From: Eledone cirrhosa
Lineage: Eukaryota
NCBI GenBank assembly: GCA_964016885.1
Contig: OZ024748.1
Location: forward strand, 25,978,001-26,042,000
Reading direction: 5' to 3'
DNA: 64,000 nt
Under the pieces are notes generated by a model. The model saw nothing but the letters and a program-made list of their open reading frames with translations, searched no databases and was not told the DNA's origin. Positions 14,801 through 32,075 of this stretch are shown piece by piece. The position numbers and the translations under genes are program-made. Positions within the stretch are counted from its first letter, which is position 1. Every line of letters begins with the position of its first letter.

Positions 14801-14822
14801 CATATATATATATACATATATA
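14352..14822. repeat. (TA)n microsatellite with AC interruptions
   Basis: Directly visible. Confidence 0.98.
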
Positions 14823-14864
14823 CACGATATTAACAAATGGAAACTATATTTATAAAAGCATATT

Positions 14865-14929
14865 TATTTCATTATAGATATTTCAAGGACATCAAGTTAA
14901 ATTATGGTGTGCTTTCATCAGATAAAATA
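14865..14929 (-). ncRNA. Minimal hammerhead ribozyme, diverged family A relative, facing the 14247 copy
   Basis: The minus strand reads tattttat-CTGATGA-aagcacacca..tgatgtcctt-GAAA-tatcta-TA-atgaaata. Confidence 0.6.
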
Positions 14930-15299
14930 TAATATAGAGCAGTTTTATAAATAAATATTGACATACCCTTAAAGAATGCAACCATTTCTGTTGGAAGCTC
15001 CCGGATAGTGGAGTTGTATTTATACTTATAGTATTAGGTAAGTTAGTATTGGATATTTTTAAATAAGCCGTTGGGTTACGGAGAAAGAGAAAGAGAGAGA
15101 GCAGAATAACAGAGAGAAAAAAAGAGAGAGAAAGAGAGGAGAAAGAGAAAGGAGATAGAGCGAAAACTCTAAGTCATATCTTGTTGAATTATCTTAACAT
15201 TTGAGATGAAATGAATAAATAAAATTAGAAATGTTAATAATCATGAATGGAAGATACATGTATAATATGAGAAATATAACCATTGTTTAAATATGATTA

Positions 15300-17094
<1,795 letters not shown>

Positions 17095-17671
17095 GGTGGC
17101 TGCCAACTCGTTTTCGAGTATGGCCACTACTTTATATCCATGTAGGAGAACTCCTACCGATGCGCTGAACGAGTGTGACTTTTTAGTCCAGCCAGCGACT
17201 TGAAAACTCTGGTACAAACATTACACTTGTGACAATTATTGACACATAGTGCTGGGCCCATTGTACCATGTGACGACAAGTGCAGAGAGATCTCCAGACA
17301 TAAAGCAATGCCTGTGCCGTTAAGCTTTTATAGTGAGCAAAAGCATTGCACAAAGCCAGTCCCACTCTCTTAACCAAGATGATATTTACCAAAAAGAAGA
17401 ACAAGTCAACATCATTGGATACCATCAGAGTTGCAGGTGTTATATCAGAGTTTTCCTTCTCCTAGAATTCTGCCTTGATATTTTGGATGGCCATTGACTC
17501 TTAAGAGCTCCTTTGCCCTTTGACAGGTTTTGTTTTTAGTCCTGCAGGATGTCCAAAGTCACCCTCCTCACCAAGAAACCTTGGTGGGGTTGCCAGTTTA
17601 GTCGCCAACGACCCAACCATGAGACAGGTTGTACTGGCATACATGTTACCAGTAGCACCAACCGGTGACCT

Positions 17672-17673
<2 letters not shown>

Positions 17674-17717
<44 letters not shown>

Positions 17718-17818
17718 TATATACATATATATATATACATATATATATACATATATATATATACATATATATATATATACATATATATATATACATATAT
17801 ATATACATATATATATAC

Positions 17819-17849
<31 letters not shown>

Positions 17850-17927
17850 CATATATATATACATATATATATACATATATATATATACATATATATATAC
17901 ATATACATATATATACATATATATATA
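17674..17927. repeat. (TA)n microsatellite with AC interruptions
   Basis: Directly visible. Confidence 0.97.
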
Positions 17928-18188
17928 AATGTAAGTATGCATGTATATGTGCATGCTACTGTACGTCTGTATACATATATGTATGTACGTATACATGCAT
18001 ACTTACATTTAAGTAAGTGCCATACTAAGAGTGAGAAATGAAATTTCGTTTTCATTTTGTTTCAATTTATCGTTTTCGGTATGCCTGACCGATTTAACTC
18101 ACTCAATATGCAAATTAGGCTGCTCAGCCGTTAATTTTCATAAGGAAAGTATATACTTTCGAACGTTCAACTATCTGGCAGATGGGTA

Positions 18189-18233
18189 AACGGTGCTGAT
18201 GATAGCTAACAAGCTTGAAACTAGTACATCGTT
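18189..18233 (+). ncRNA. Minimal type I hammerhead ribozyme (family F)
   Basis: aacggtg-CTGATGA-tagct aaca agctt-GAAA-ctag-TA-catcgtt. Stem I has 7 bp and stem III is the palindrome actagt. Confidence 0.72.
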
Positions 18234-18548
18234 CCTGTGTCAGTGTTGAACAAAAAGGTGACGTGGTTGCCTTAACACCGTATGGCATAAATTCAGGCTG
18301 TTCAGTTTGTTTACAAACGAACAAAGCGACGTTAGCGCCGCTAAACTGATACGTGCATATATGTATGTGTACCTGTATGCATATGTATATATATATGTAT
18401 ATATATATATATATGTGCATGCTACTGTACGTCTGTATACATATATGTATGTACGTATACATGCATACTTACATTTAAGTAAGTGCCATACTAAGAGTGA
18501 GAAATGAAATTTCGTTTTCATTTTGTTTCAACATATATATATATATAC

Positions 18549-18599
<51 letters not shown>

Positions 18600-18793
18600 C
18601 ATATATATACATATATATATATATACATATATATATATTTACATATATATATTTACATATATATATATCGTTTCTGAATTTGTTTAGCAAGATTCTTTAT
18701 CTGAAATCGTGTGTTGAAACCGATATTGTTATACTTTGCAACATGACCCTCCCAAAGTATAACCATATATATATATTTACATATATATATATT

Positions 18794-18921
<128 letters not shown>

Positions 18922-18922
18922 C

Positions 18923-18954
<32 letters not shown>

Positions 18955-19160
18955 TTCGTTTCTGAATTTGTTTAGCAAGATTCTTTATCTGAAATCGTGT
19001 GTTGAAACCGATATTGTTATACTTTGGGAGGGTCATGTTGCCAATAAGAAACACACGCACCAGTTTCTTTCACTTCAATTTATTATATATTTATAAATTT
19101 ATAAATTTATAAATTTCTGGTTGGTTGGTTGGTTCCACAACCAGATAGTTGTTTATATAT

Positions 19161-19205
19161 AGTCATAGTTCTTTCGTCACACACTCTGTGACCTCTTCAG
19201 TGACT
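19161..19205 (-). ncRNA. Minimal hammerhead ribozyme in the PLE1 3' repeat (family C)
   Basis: The minus strand reads agtca-CTGAAGA-g gtcaca..tgtgac-GAAA-gaac-TA-tgact. An inverted copy lies at 24388-24432. Confidence 0.65.
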
Positions 19206-19405
19206 GGGGATTCCTTTCTTTGTTTCTGTGCCGCTCCTTTGTTCTGTCCTACGCCATTTTGTTTCTGTGTGTGTGTTGTGTGCTCAGTCTGCGCATGCGC
19301 CACATCCGGGTGTCTGTGTGTGTTTATGTTCATTTATTTATTTGTTTATTTACATGTTACTGGTTGGTTGTTTGTTCTATGTGTGTGTGTGTTTTCATTT
19401 TGTCC

Positions 19406-19830
19406 TTAATTGTAAGTTGTGATGTTGCTGTTCCACTCATATTTTCTATGTAATTTTGGTTGTAATTCTTTTATGTTTATTGCCTCTGTAATTTGTCTAA
19501 ACATTGCGTCTTTTCTGTGTGTAGATTCTATTTTTATTTCTATGTTCTCTAATTTACCCTTGTGTTCTATCTTAGCATGTTGGTAGAGTACAGATGATTC
19601 TTTATTATCTTGAAGGTCTCGTCAGTGTTCATTTATCCATTCCCCTACACTACGAGCTGTCTCACCTATGTACACTATATTTTTGTCTCTACATTGTCCT
19701 TCAGTACATCTTATGCTATACACTACATTTCTAGTTTTACAGTTAATATGGGGGCTTATTTTACAGGTTATACATTTCTTATCTATACATGAGGGTCTTT
19801 GAAAAGGGTATGTCTTGCTAATAAGTGTTT
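19406..19830 (-). pseudogene. GIY-YIG endonuclease of PLE1 (not in the ORF track)
   Basis: Manual translation gives KTLISKTYPFQRPSCIDKKCITCKISPHINCKTRNVVYSIRCTEGQCRDKNIVYIGETARSVGEWINEH*RD...[23 protein letters not shown], with one internal stop. Confidence 0.82.
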
Positions 19831-22776
19831 TTTACGGAGGTATCTGGTCTTAATTGACCTGGCCGATAGATATCGACTAGATTTTCCGACTGCGCCAACC
19901 TGGACTTGGGCAAATCGTAGCGGATCATCTAGGTCGTACCTAGATAGGTTCTTAGTTAGAATTAAGGATAAGGACTTTTTAAGTTGTCCAAAAATGCGCA
20001 TGGTTGGCTATTCAGACCACAAATTAGTGACTGCATGGTCAACCTTGACAGAACTCATAGACAGGGCCCCGGTTACTGGAAGCTCAACTTGTCCTTGCCG
20101 GCAAGTAGAGCCTACAGGAATCGGATTAGTACGTTAGTTAAGGAACGGTTGACTGGAGCGATCGTCAACAGCAGGTGGTGGGTATCTCTAAAGAGAGAGA
20201 TTAGAGTAGTCTCGATAGAATTTAGTAAGGTTCTAGCTGCGGATAGGAATAGGAAGGAAAGGGAGCTAATAGATAGAGTAGAAGAGGCAATTAGAAGCGG
20301 CGACGTGGCCAGAGTGCTAGCGTCGAGAACGGCTTTGAGCCAGTTTTTCGACGCGAAGCACGAAGGCTGCGTTGTCCGAAGTAAAATACGTGCTCTAGGG
20401 AACGAGGGGACCAAAGCTGTTAGCTGGGCCCGCGTAACAGAGGCCAACAGTGGAACTAAATACACCATCCGGTCTTTGCGAGACCTGGATGGACGGGCGA
20501 TTCTTGAGCCTAAGCAGATGTGTGAGGCCTTTCAAAGGCACTTTGCCCGACTGTTCGGGAGGGGCGGGGAGCCGGTTGGGAACGTGGACTTCGGTCCATA
20601 CCTCGACGGCCTGCCGCGCCTCTCGGACAGGGAGGCGAAGTCCTGTGAGGAGCCGATTTCGGCCGCTGAGATAGAGGACGTGCTGAGCCAATGCGGCAAA
20701 CGCAAATCCCCGGGTCTCGATGGTCTTCCTTACGAATTATATCTAGCTATGCCGGACTTGTTCCCCGATCTCCTCGAGGCGGTCTACTGCAACTGGCAAC
20801 AGAACGGGAGAATTCCCTGTACTGTGACCAAGGGCGTAGTCACGCTAGTGAGGAAGGACGAGAACAAGGGGGACGAAATAAGTAACTTCAGGCCCATAAC
20901 TCTGCTAAATACAGAGTTACAGATTTTGGCCAAGGTGCTAGCAAAGAGGTTGGCGCTTGTCGTGGGCAGCCTGGTGGGAGATGCGCAGACATGCGCTATC
21001 CCGTCCAGGTCCATCCATGACAACCTCCACCTCATGCGATACATCATAGAGAGGGTTGGGAACGAACCCGGCTTTGGTGGGGCTCTGATCAACTTGGATC
21101 AATCTAAGGCGTTCGATAGGGTCGACCATGGTTACCTGGATGCGGTGCTAGCGGCGGCAGGCTTCGGACCCGTTTTCGGGGGCTGGATCACTGCTATGCA
21201 CAGCAGCCGCATCTGCTCTAGGGTCAAGGTGAACGGCTACCTCTCGGAGCCGTTCAAAATCGCGCGGTCCATCCGACAAGGGTGCCCTCTCTCCTCCCTT
21301 CTGTATGTGTTGACTCTCGAGCCACTACTGCGGAAGTTGGAGTTGTTGCAGGGCATCCCTTTGGAACCGGGATTGCGGAAAGCGGTGTCGGCCTACGCCG
21401 ATGACGTGACAGTAATGGTGTCGACGGCCTCCGAAATCGAGGCGGTCGGCACCTTACTGGAGGAGTACGAAAAGTTCACAGGAGCTAAGCTGAACCGGGA
21501 CAAGTCGATCGGTTTGCAACTCGGCACGTGGAGGGGCAGACCGATGCCCTCCGATGGCGTCGTCGGACGCTGGACGGAGGGCCCGGTGAAGTTGCTCGGG
21601 GTCTGGTTCGGACCGGACCTCCAGGTGGAGAAAAACTGGGCGGAGGTTACGAACAGGGTGTTTGCACTGACACAGAAGTGGGCCAGTTGCAAACTATCCC
21701 TGAAAGGTCAGGCAGAGGTGGCGAACACCTACATAGCGTCCGTCATCTACTACCGCCTGACCGTAGTGCCCTGCCCAAGGGAAACCCTCACCAAGATGGA
21801 GCGCGCGCTCTTCCAATTCCTTTGGAAGAGGCGGGCTCCTATGGTGAGGAGATCCATCTGCTGTCAACACCCTTCGAAAGGAGGGCTGGGGATGCCGTGG
21901 CTAATGATGCGTAAACACGCATTAAGGCTACGGCACCTCTACGTATTCCTCACCGGACAACCGGTGTGGGCCTCGTTTGTGAGACGAACCTTTCCCAGAC
22001 TTGTCTCACTCACCGAGCTGCAATCCTGGGTCAAGCAAAGACCGAGAAAACTGGGCGCCTGGCACACTGAGTGTGCCCAGGCGCTCACCGCCCTCTGGCA
22101 GGCGGATCCGGTTATCAGTGGAGACTCCACCGCAACATTCTATAGAGGGCTGGTACGCAGCAGGTGCGACGACGCCCTCGGAGAAGCCCTAGACATGGAG
22201 GAGGACGAACTGGCCAGCCTGTTCGGTAGGACATTCAGCCCGGGACCTATGGACAACTTCCAGAAGTCCCTGGCCTGGCAGTGCTACCGAGGAGCTTTAC
22301 CCGTTCGAGAAAGGCTCTACAGACACGGGCGCCCGGGTAGGGACCCCGCCAAAAAGATCTGTCCCAGATGCGTGTGCGACGAGGAAACCGTTGCACACGC
22401 ATTGGTACACTGCTCGGGCGTAGCCGATCTGTGGGGCTATGTCGAACAACTGCTGTCAAGGGTGGGACCGATCCGGTTGACCACCGAGTCTATTGTAATG
22501 ATCAAGCCGCCTCGCCCCTTCAAAGATGAAGCAGAGGCGGTGTTTCTGTGCGTAATAGCCATGGCGAAAGAGGTTGTATGGTGGACGCGTCTGAAAGGAC
22601 TGAGGTCAGGCACCTTTCTCTCTGGCCAACAACTGATCCGTTTCTTCCTATATCATTTCGGAAGAGGGATCAGGATGGAGAGAGAGGTGCTGCACCCCAG
22701 TCGTTTTTATGAAAGGTGGGTGAAAGTGGCGAGAATGGCCCGTGTGAATGGGCCTTCACTCTACATCAGACTATAG
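19830..22776 (+). pseudogene. LINE ORF2 (partial APE, reverse transcriptase, zinc knuckle) with one frameshift near 20032
   Basis: Motifs GPGYWKLN, KSPGLDG, FRPITLLN, LDQSKAFDRV, RQGCPLS, YADD and CPRC..H...HC. The SDHKLVT frame shifts into the CMVNLD frame. Confidence 0.92.
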
Positions 22777-23097
22777 GTGAGGAAGATGAAAGACCAAGGG
22801 AGCACCCCTTCTCTGTGCTCCTGAGGAAAAGGGTTGCACACTTTTTCGGGGGGGGGGTGTGCGACCCCCCAAGGCGCCTCCTCTCTATTGAGGATTTTGT
22901 TATAAATTTTATTTTTTGTTATATTTTATAACAAAATCCTCTATTGAGGATTTTGTTATAATTCTATTTTTTGTTATATTTTATTTTATTTTTATATATT
23001 GTTATTGCCTCCTCCCTATTGAGGACGCCTTGTTTTGTAAACTCCCCCCATTGTACTTGTCCCACTTTTGATGCCCTTGTGGCAAATAAAAGAAACA
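19830..23097 (+). mobile_element. Tx1/L1-like LINE (copy 2), 5'-truncated inside the APE endonuclease
   Basis: Contains APE motifs (SYLDRFLV, SDH), the RT and the CCHC knuckle. The 3' UTR ends aataaaagaaaca. Confidence 0.93.
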
Positions 23098-23490
23098 TAT
23101 CTTAATATTGAGTTTATGTTTATTTAGGGCCCTTCGAAATTTGTAAGCTAATTCACCTCTAGGGGTTGTATTGATGAACATTACACTCTGGTATTTATTG
23201 CTATCATACCATGAGTTTATTCTATTAGCCTTGTTCCTAGTTCTTTCTATTCTATTCCAAAATTTGCTCCTATACAAGGGGCAGGTCCCATTTATGTCAT
23301 TATTTACCATTTTTTCCTGCGACGAGTCCACGCCACGACTTTACCATTTAACAAACGCACGCAATTGCCGTCGCAGGTCGATGAACAAACAGAAGCACAA
23401 TTTAGTATAGCTAGATCCGAACTTAGAAATATTATAGAACAGTATAGCAAGAAGCATAATAGAATGGAGGCCCAGCAACTGGGAGAAAAA

Positions 23491-23493
23491 TAC

Positions 23494-23548
<55 letters not shown>

Positions 23549-23717
23549 CATATATATATACATACATATATATATACATATATATATGTATATACATATA
23601 TATATATACATACATATATATATACATATATATATACATACATATATATATACATACATATATATATACATATATATATATACATATATAAATATACATA
23701 TATATATACATATATAC

Positions 23718-23754
<37 letters not shown>

Positions 23755-23795
23755 TATATACATATATATATATACATATACATATATATATATAC

Positions 23796-23842
<47 letters not shown>

Positions 23843-23975
23843 CATATATATATACATATATATATACATATATATATACACATATACATATATATATACA
23901 TATATACATATATATATACATATATATATACATATATATATACATATATATATACACATATACATATATATATAC

Positions 23976-24008
<33 letters not shown>

Positions 24009-24047
24009 CATATATATATACATATATATATAGATATACATATATAT
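23491..24047. repeat. (TA)n/(ATAC) microsatellite
   Basis: Directly visible. Confidence 0.98.
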
Positions 24048-24049
24048 AG

Positions 24050-24570
24050 GAACAAATAAAAATAGAATCTACACACAGAAAAGACGCAATGTTTAGACAA
24101 ATTACAGAGGCAATAAACATAAAAGAATTACAACCAAAATTAAATAGAAAATATGAGTGGAACAGCAACATCACAACTTACAATTAAGGACAAAATGAAA
24201 ACACACACACACATAGAACAAACAACCAACCAGTAACATGTAAATAAACAAATAAATAAATGAACATAAACACACACAGACACCCGGATGTGGCGCATGC
24301 GCAGACTGAGCACACAACACACACACAGAAACAAAATGGCGTAAGACAGAACAAAGGAGAGGCACAGAAACAAAGAAAGGAATCCCCAGTCACTGAAGAG
24401 GTCACAGAGTGTGTGACGAAAGAACTATGACTATATATAAACAACTATCTGGTTGTGGAACCAACCAACCAACCAGAAATTTATAAATTTATAAATATAT
24501 AATAAATTGAAGTGAAAGAAACTGGTGCGTGTGTTTCTTATTGGCAACATGACCCTCCCAAAGTATAACA

Positions 24571-24573
<3 letters not shown>
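24050..24573 (+). repeat. Inverted copy of the PLE1 3' region (19013-19540), including the hammerhead at 24388-24432
   Basis: Near-identical reverse complement; the paired ORFs 19149..19453 and 24140..24444 confirm the match. Confidence 0.92.
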
Positions 24574-27288
<2,715 letters not shown>

Positions 27289-27371
27289 GGAGGTGAGTTT
27301 TATTGTAGTACAATAAAGCAATGCAGATATCGGATAAGAAGCACTCTACAGTTTGTGGGACTGGAGTATGC

Positions 27372-27766
27372 ATAATATAAGATCAAAAGATGGTTAAAGG
27401 AGTTCAATATATTTTATTATGCGCATTTCAAAAACAAACATCATCAAACAATAATATTTGTGTTTTCATCAGATAAAACAGGAGAACATGATATGAAGGC
27501 TAAAAAAACACTTGTTGATAGTGCAGTTTTAAATCAACATATGTTGATTTAAATCTGCAGTTTTAAATCAACATATGTTGATTTAAATATGCAGTTTTAA
27601 ATCAACATATGTTGATTTAAAACTGCACTATCAACAAGTGTTTTTTTAGCCTTCATATGTTCTCCTGTTTTATCTGATGAAAACACAAATATTATTGTTT
27701 GATGATGTTTGTTTTTGAAATGCGCATAATAAAATATATTGAACTCCTTTAACCATCTTTTGATCT

Positions 27767-27774
<8 letters not shown>
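27372..27774. repeat. ~400-bp fold-back palindrome with a hammerhead in each arm (family D)
   Basis: The arms are near-perfect reverse complements. The centre is three 34-bp units, each containing the palindrome tttaaatcaacatatgttgatttaaa. Confidence 0.92.
27666..27736 (+). ncRNA. Minimal type I hammerhead ribozyme (family D); mirror copy at 27410-27480 on the minus strand
   Basis: tgttttat-CTGATGA-(~14-bp stem II)-GAAA-tgcgca-TA-ataaaata, with palindromic stem III atgcgcat. Confidence 0.75.
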
Positions 27775-27802
<28 letters not shown>

Positions 27803-28593
27803 TTAAAATATCATGGTTATCAATAATGTAGTGATAAAATATCGTTACGTTAGAGATGAACAGCGTACGTGCAGGTTTGCTCAACGAGTATAAATTATAT
27901 TCCGGAGAAAATGTAGAAAGGATGAATATAAAATGAAAGCGCTTTTTTTAAAAAAAGGAATTTATTAGGTATTGACATCTGTTTCTGTAACAAACGGAAT
28001 ACCTATGTATCGCTGCTTGCGTAATCATATAATGTTAGCAAGTATTCGATAGCAAATGTATAATCAGTTGTCACTTTTTCAGAGATTTTGGATAAATTGG
28101 ATAAAATCAGAAAAATTGAAGTATTTATATTAGTAATAGAGGAAGAAACAGAGGGGATAGTATATGACAGATGGTAAATTAATTTACTGCTAAACAAGTA
28201 TATAATGGGTTTCTAATGAGAATACCATGAGTAAATCTAAATAAGAATTTTGGGAGTGCCAATTTTAATCTCTACTTGACCAACTGAACAGTGGACAGGG
28301 CTGGTCATTTGGTGCAGTAGTATTAATTATAAAGTGTCAATTGGGGAAGGGGGAGATTTCGATTGCTACTAAATAACATCAATGCTAGTAGCCAGCTGGT
28401 ATATGCATTAGGGAATTGAATCAAGAAATCAGAAATCTCATTTTATCTATAGCAGTTTGTATTAAAAGGTAGATAATAGAAGAGTTGATAGAATTAAGAC
28501 TAATAAAGAATGTTAATATCTATTTTGACAATCAAACGGGGATAGAGACAGGCGTTCAATCCTGGTAGTATTTATAATATGAAAATGTAGATT

Positions 28594-28838
28594 TTAAGCG
28601 ATGGTTACAGTATAACGATCAGCTGCTATTATATCCCATTTTAGGTGAAATTGTTGGTTATTTTCACGCAGCTGCCAAGCCTTGTCTGCGAGTGTTGTTA
28701 CATAACGCTGGTTTTCATGTTTTATCGAGTAACGATGTCTATAAAGGCGTGATTTGAAGGAGGTGGCTGTAGATCCCACATAGTACCACTTCTGTCTATC
28801 CGATTCGATAGTACATTTGTATACGATGTTGCGTTCAA
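28594..28838 (-). pseudogene. PLE2 GIY-YIG endonuclease, frameshifted from the RT
   Basis: Reads LERNIVYKCTIESDRQKWYYVGSTATSFKSRLYRHRYS...TTLA...WDII. An apparent 2-bp deletion (cag t ctt) breaks the frame. Confidence 0.8.
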
Positions 28839-30391
28839 GACTGATTGTTCAACGGACACATTCCTGGTTGGACACAGTTGCAATTATAATTTTGCGTTGT
28901 TGTATTGCCATGGATGAGTTGATGAGGTTGCTTATGTAGGACAGGATGTTGTTTGTTGTTTTGTGATGTTATAGCTAATGTTTTACGTGTATTGTTATGT
29001 GTTGGAAGGCGTTTATACAACCGTTTTGCGTTAAGCTTTTTTATATGTTGTTCAATATTAGGGGCAGTTGAATATGAAAGTCGAATAGTGTTAGGGTTTA
29101 AGATTTTATTATATTTATGTGATGTTGGAAAGTGTTTTTTAACTAATCGAAAGAATTTTGAGGGTAGATTGGTTTTAATAGAGTTGTTATAGACCGGGTT
29201 GTACCAAATATACTCCTTACATCGCCTTCTGTTTGGTGGTGCGGGACTATTATTGTGTCTATTGCGGTAGTGTATGTATGGTGGTGATTCTGTGCTATTT
29301 CTACTCCTATGGGATTTATTTTGGGTGTTTTGGTGATCTTTGACTATATACTCTATATTATCTAGGTGACCGGCTTTCCTAAGTGCATCATCATAATATT
29401 CGGCATGTTCTTTGAAGGTTTGTTGGTTGGACAACGGGCGGGAGATTCTAAGAGAAACATTTCTAGGGATGGATTTAATTATAGAGAGTGGATGGTTAGA
29501 ACTCGTATTTACATATTTAAGGTTCTCATTTAGTTTATGGAACGGTTTAATCGTATCTGTATTGAGATTGAAAGTAACATCAAGGAAATTGACCTCTTTG
29601 AGGTTATATTCAAATGTAATATTTAATCCGAGTTCCTTAAAAAGCTTTCTGATATTTTTACGCATCCTTTCTAAATTCTGGTTATTCATATGCTTAACTA
29701 ATAGGAGCGCATCGTCACGGTAGATTCCACCGTGGAGATCCTTGAATTTTCCTTGTAATCTGTGGGTGATATAAATTCCCACAAGATCAGTTACTTCCGC
29801 CGAATCATTAGAACCCATAGTGATATCAAAATTAGAAGGTCTATCTTTGCGAACCCAGTAGCTATCATCGAATTTAACTATAGTTTTCCTCGCTTCCATA
29901 ATAATTTTAATTTCAGCATCCGTAAGGTCGGAATTATCCTTAGCGAACGAAAGAGCTTCATGTAGAGTATCAGGTGAAATTGAGGAATAATATTCATCAA
30001 TATCAAACTGAATAAATTTTGATTTTTTCTTATCAGTAATGTTATTAAACCATCTTATTGCTTCATGAGTGTTACCCCATAGTTTAATCTCTACTTTAAC
30101 CTTAACTTGGGGGATAATTCTGTCTAGTATATATTTGCTAATTTTGCCTATATCAGATTTAGAGGGGCATATAAGTCTAATATTAGGGTTGGTATCGAAG
30201 TTTACCTTGTGGTCCTTCAGGTTGAAGGATGGTATAGCTGGTGTTAAGGGTTGCGTTCTATCGTCAATACAAAGTTTTTTAACAATATCACATGCCGAGT
30301 TGTTGATGTTTTTAAGTGTAGCTTCATTAGTTTTCCTGTATTTTTTATGCAATTCCTTACGGATGAAGTTATTGTAGGTGTCCACATCCAT
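28835..30391 (-). pseudogene. PLE2 reverse transcriptase (N-terminally truncated)
   Basis: Motifs IQFDIDEYYSSI, FDITMGSNDSAEV, GIYRDDAL, NFLDVT, SNHP, WYNPVY, LSYS and CNC....CPL. The clade label comes from recalled motif similarity, not from a search. Confidence 0.88.
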
Positions 30392-30544
30392 GTGACAACT
30401 GATTATACATTTGCTATCGAATACTTGCTAACATTATATGATTACGCAAGCAGCGATACATAGGTATTCGGTTTGTTACAGAAACATATGTCAATACCTA
30501 ATAAATTCCTTTTTTAAAAAAAGCACTTTCATTTTATATTCATC

Positions 30545-30548
<4 letters not shown>

Positions 30549-30625
<77 letters not shown>

Positions 30626-30702
30626 CATATATATATATACATATATATATATACATATATATATATACATATATATACATATATATATATATACATATAT
30701 AC

Positions 30703-30755
<53 letters not shown>

Positions 30756-30964
30756 CATATATATATATATACATATATATATATACATATATATATATAT
30801 ACATATATATATATACATATATACATATATATACATATATGTACATATATATATATACATATATACATATATATATATATATACATATATATACATATAT
30901 ATATATATATATCTATATATATATACATATATATACATATATACACACATATATATATATATAC

Positions 30965-31004
<40 letters not shown>

Positions 31005-31192
31005 ATACATATATATACATATATATACATATATATATATACATATATATATATATACATATATATACATATACATATATATATACATATATATATATTC
31101 ATATATATATATTCATATATATATATATATATACATATATATACATATATATATATACATATATATACATATATATACATATATATATATAC

Positions 31193-31223
<31 letters not shown>

Positions 31224-31500
31224 CATATATATATATACATATATATATATATACATATATATATACATATATATACATATATATATATATACATACATAT
31301 ATATACATATATACATATATATATATACATATATATATATAGAGATATATATACATATATACATATATATATATACATATATATATAGAGAGATATATAT
31401 ATATACATATATATACATATATATATATATACATATATATACATATATATACATATATATATATACATATATATACATATATATACATATATATATATAC

Positions 31501-31579
<79 letters not shown>

Positions 31580-31590
31580 CATATATATAC

Positions 31591-31639
<49 letters not shown>

Positions 31640-31850
31640 TATACATATATATATATATACATATATATACATACATATATATACATATATACACATACAT
31701 ATATATACATATATACACATACATATATATACATATATACACATACATATATACACATACATATATATACATATATACACATACATATATATACATATAT
31801 ACATATATATATATACATATATATACATACATATATACACATACATATAT

Positions 31851-31925
<75 letters not shown>

Positions 31926-32011
31926 CATATATATACATACATATATATATACATATATATATATACATATATATATATACATATATATACATACATATAT
32001 ACATACATATA

Positions 32012-32072
<61 letters not shown>
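30549..32072. repeat. ~1.5-kb (TA)n/(ATAC) microsatellite
   Basis: Directly visible. Confidence 0.98.

Positions 32073-32075
<3 letters not shown>

Larger units (their letters stand above)
18955..23490 (-). mobile_element. Penelope-like element 1 (5'-truncated, interrupted by Tx1 copy 2 at ~19830-23097, with an inverted 5' fragment)
   Basis: The minus strand encodes [27 protein letters not shown] (23098-23315) and continues on the far side of the LINE into a GIY-YIG domain. A hammerhead lies in the 3' region, and the element ends at (TA)n. Confidence 0.8.
27917..30548 (-). mobile_element. Penelope-like element 2 (Naiad-like), 5'-truncated, bounded by ~157-bp inverted repeats (27917-28074 / 30392-30548)
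   Basis: Carries RT and GIY-YIG coding sequence and an inverted terminal copy, with (TA)n on both sides. Confidence 0.85.

Noticed and set aside
19622-19630. In-frame TGA in the PLE1 GIY-YIG as recoding
   Set aside because: It lies at EH*RD, not at a Cys position. The nearby Arg expected in ER..EH is also mutated, consistent with ordinary decay.
28835-28837. TGA ending the PLE2 RT ORF as selenocysteine read-through
   Set aside because: The GIY-YIG domain continues in a different frame, so a frameshift explains the stop and read-through would not restore the protein.
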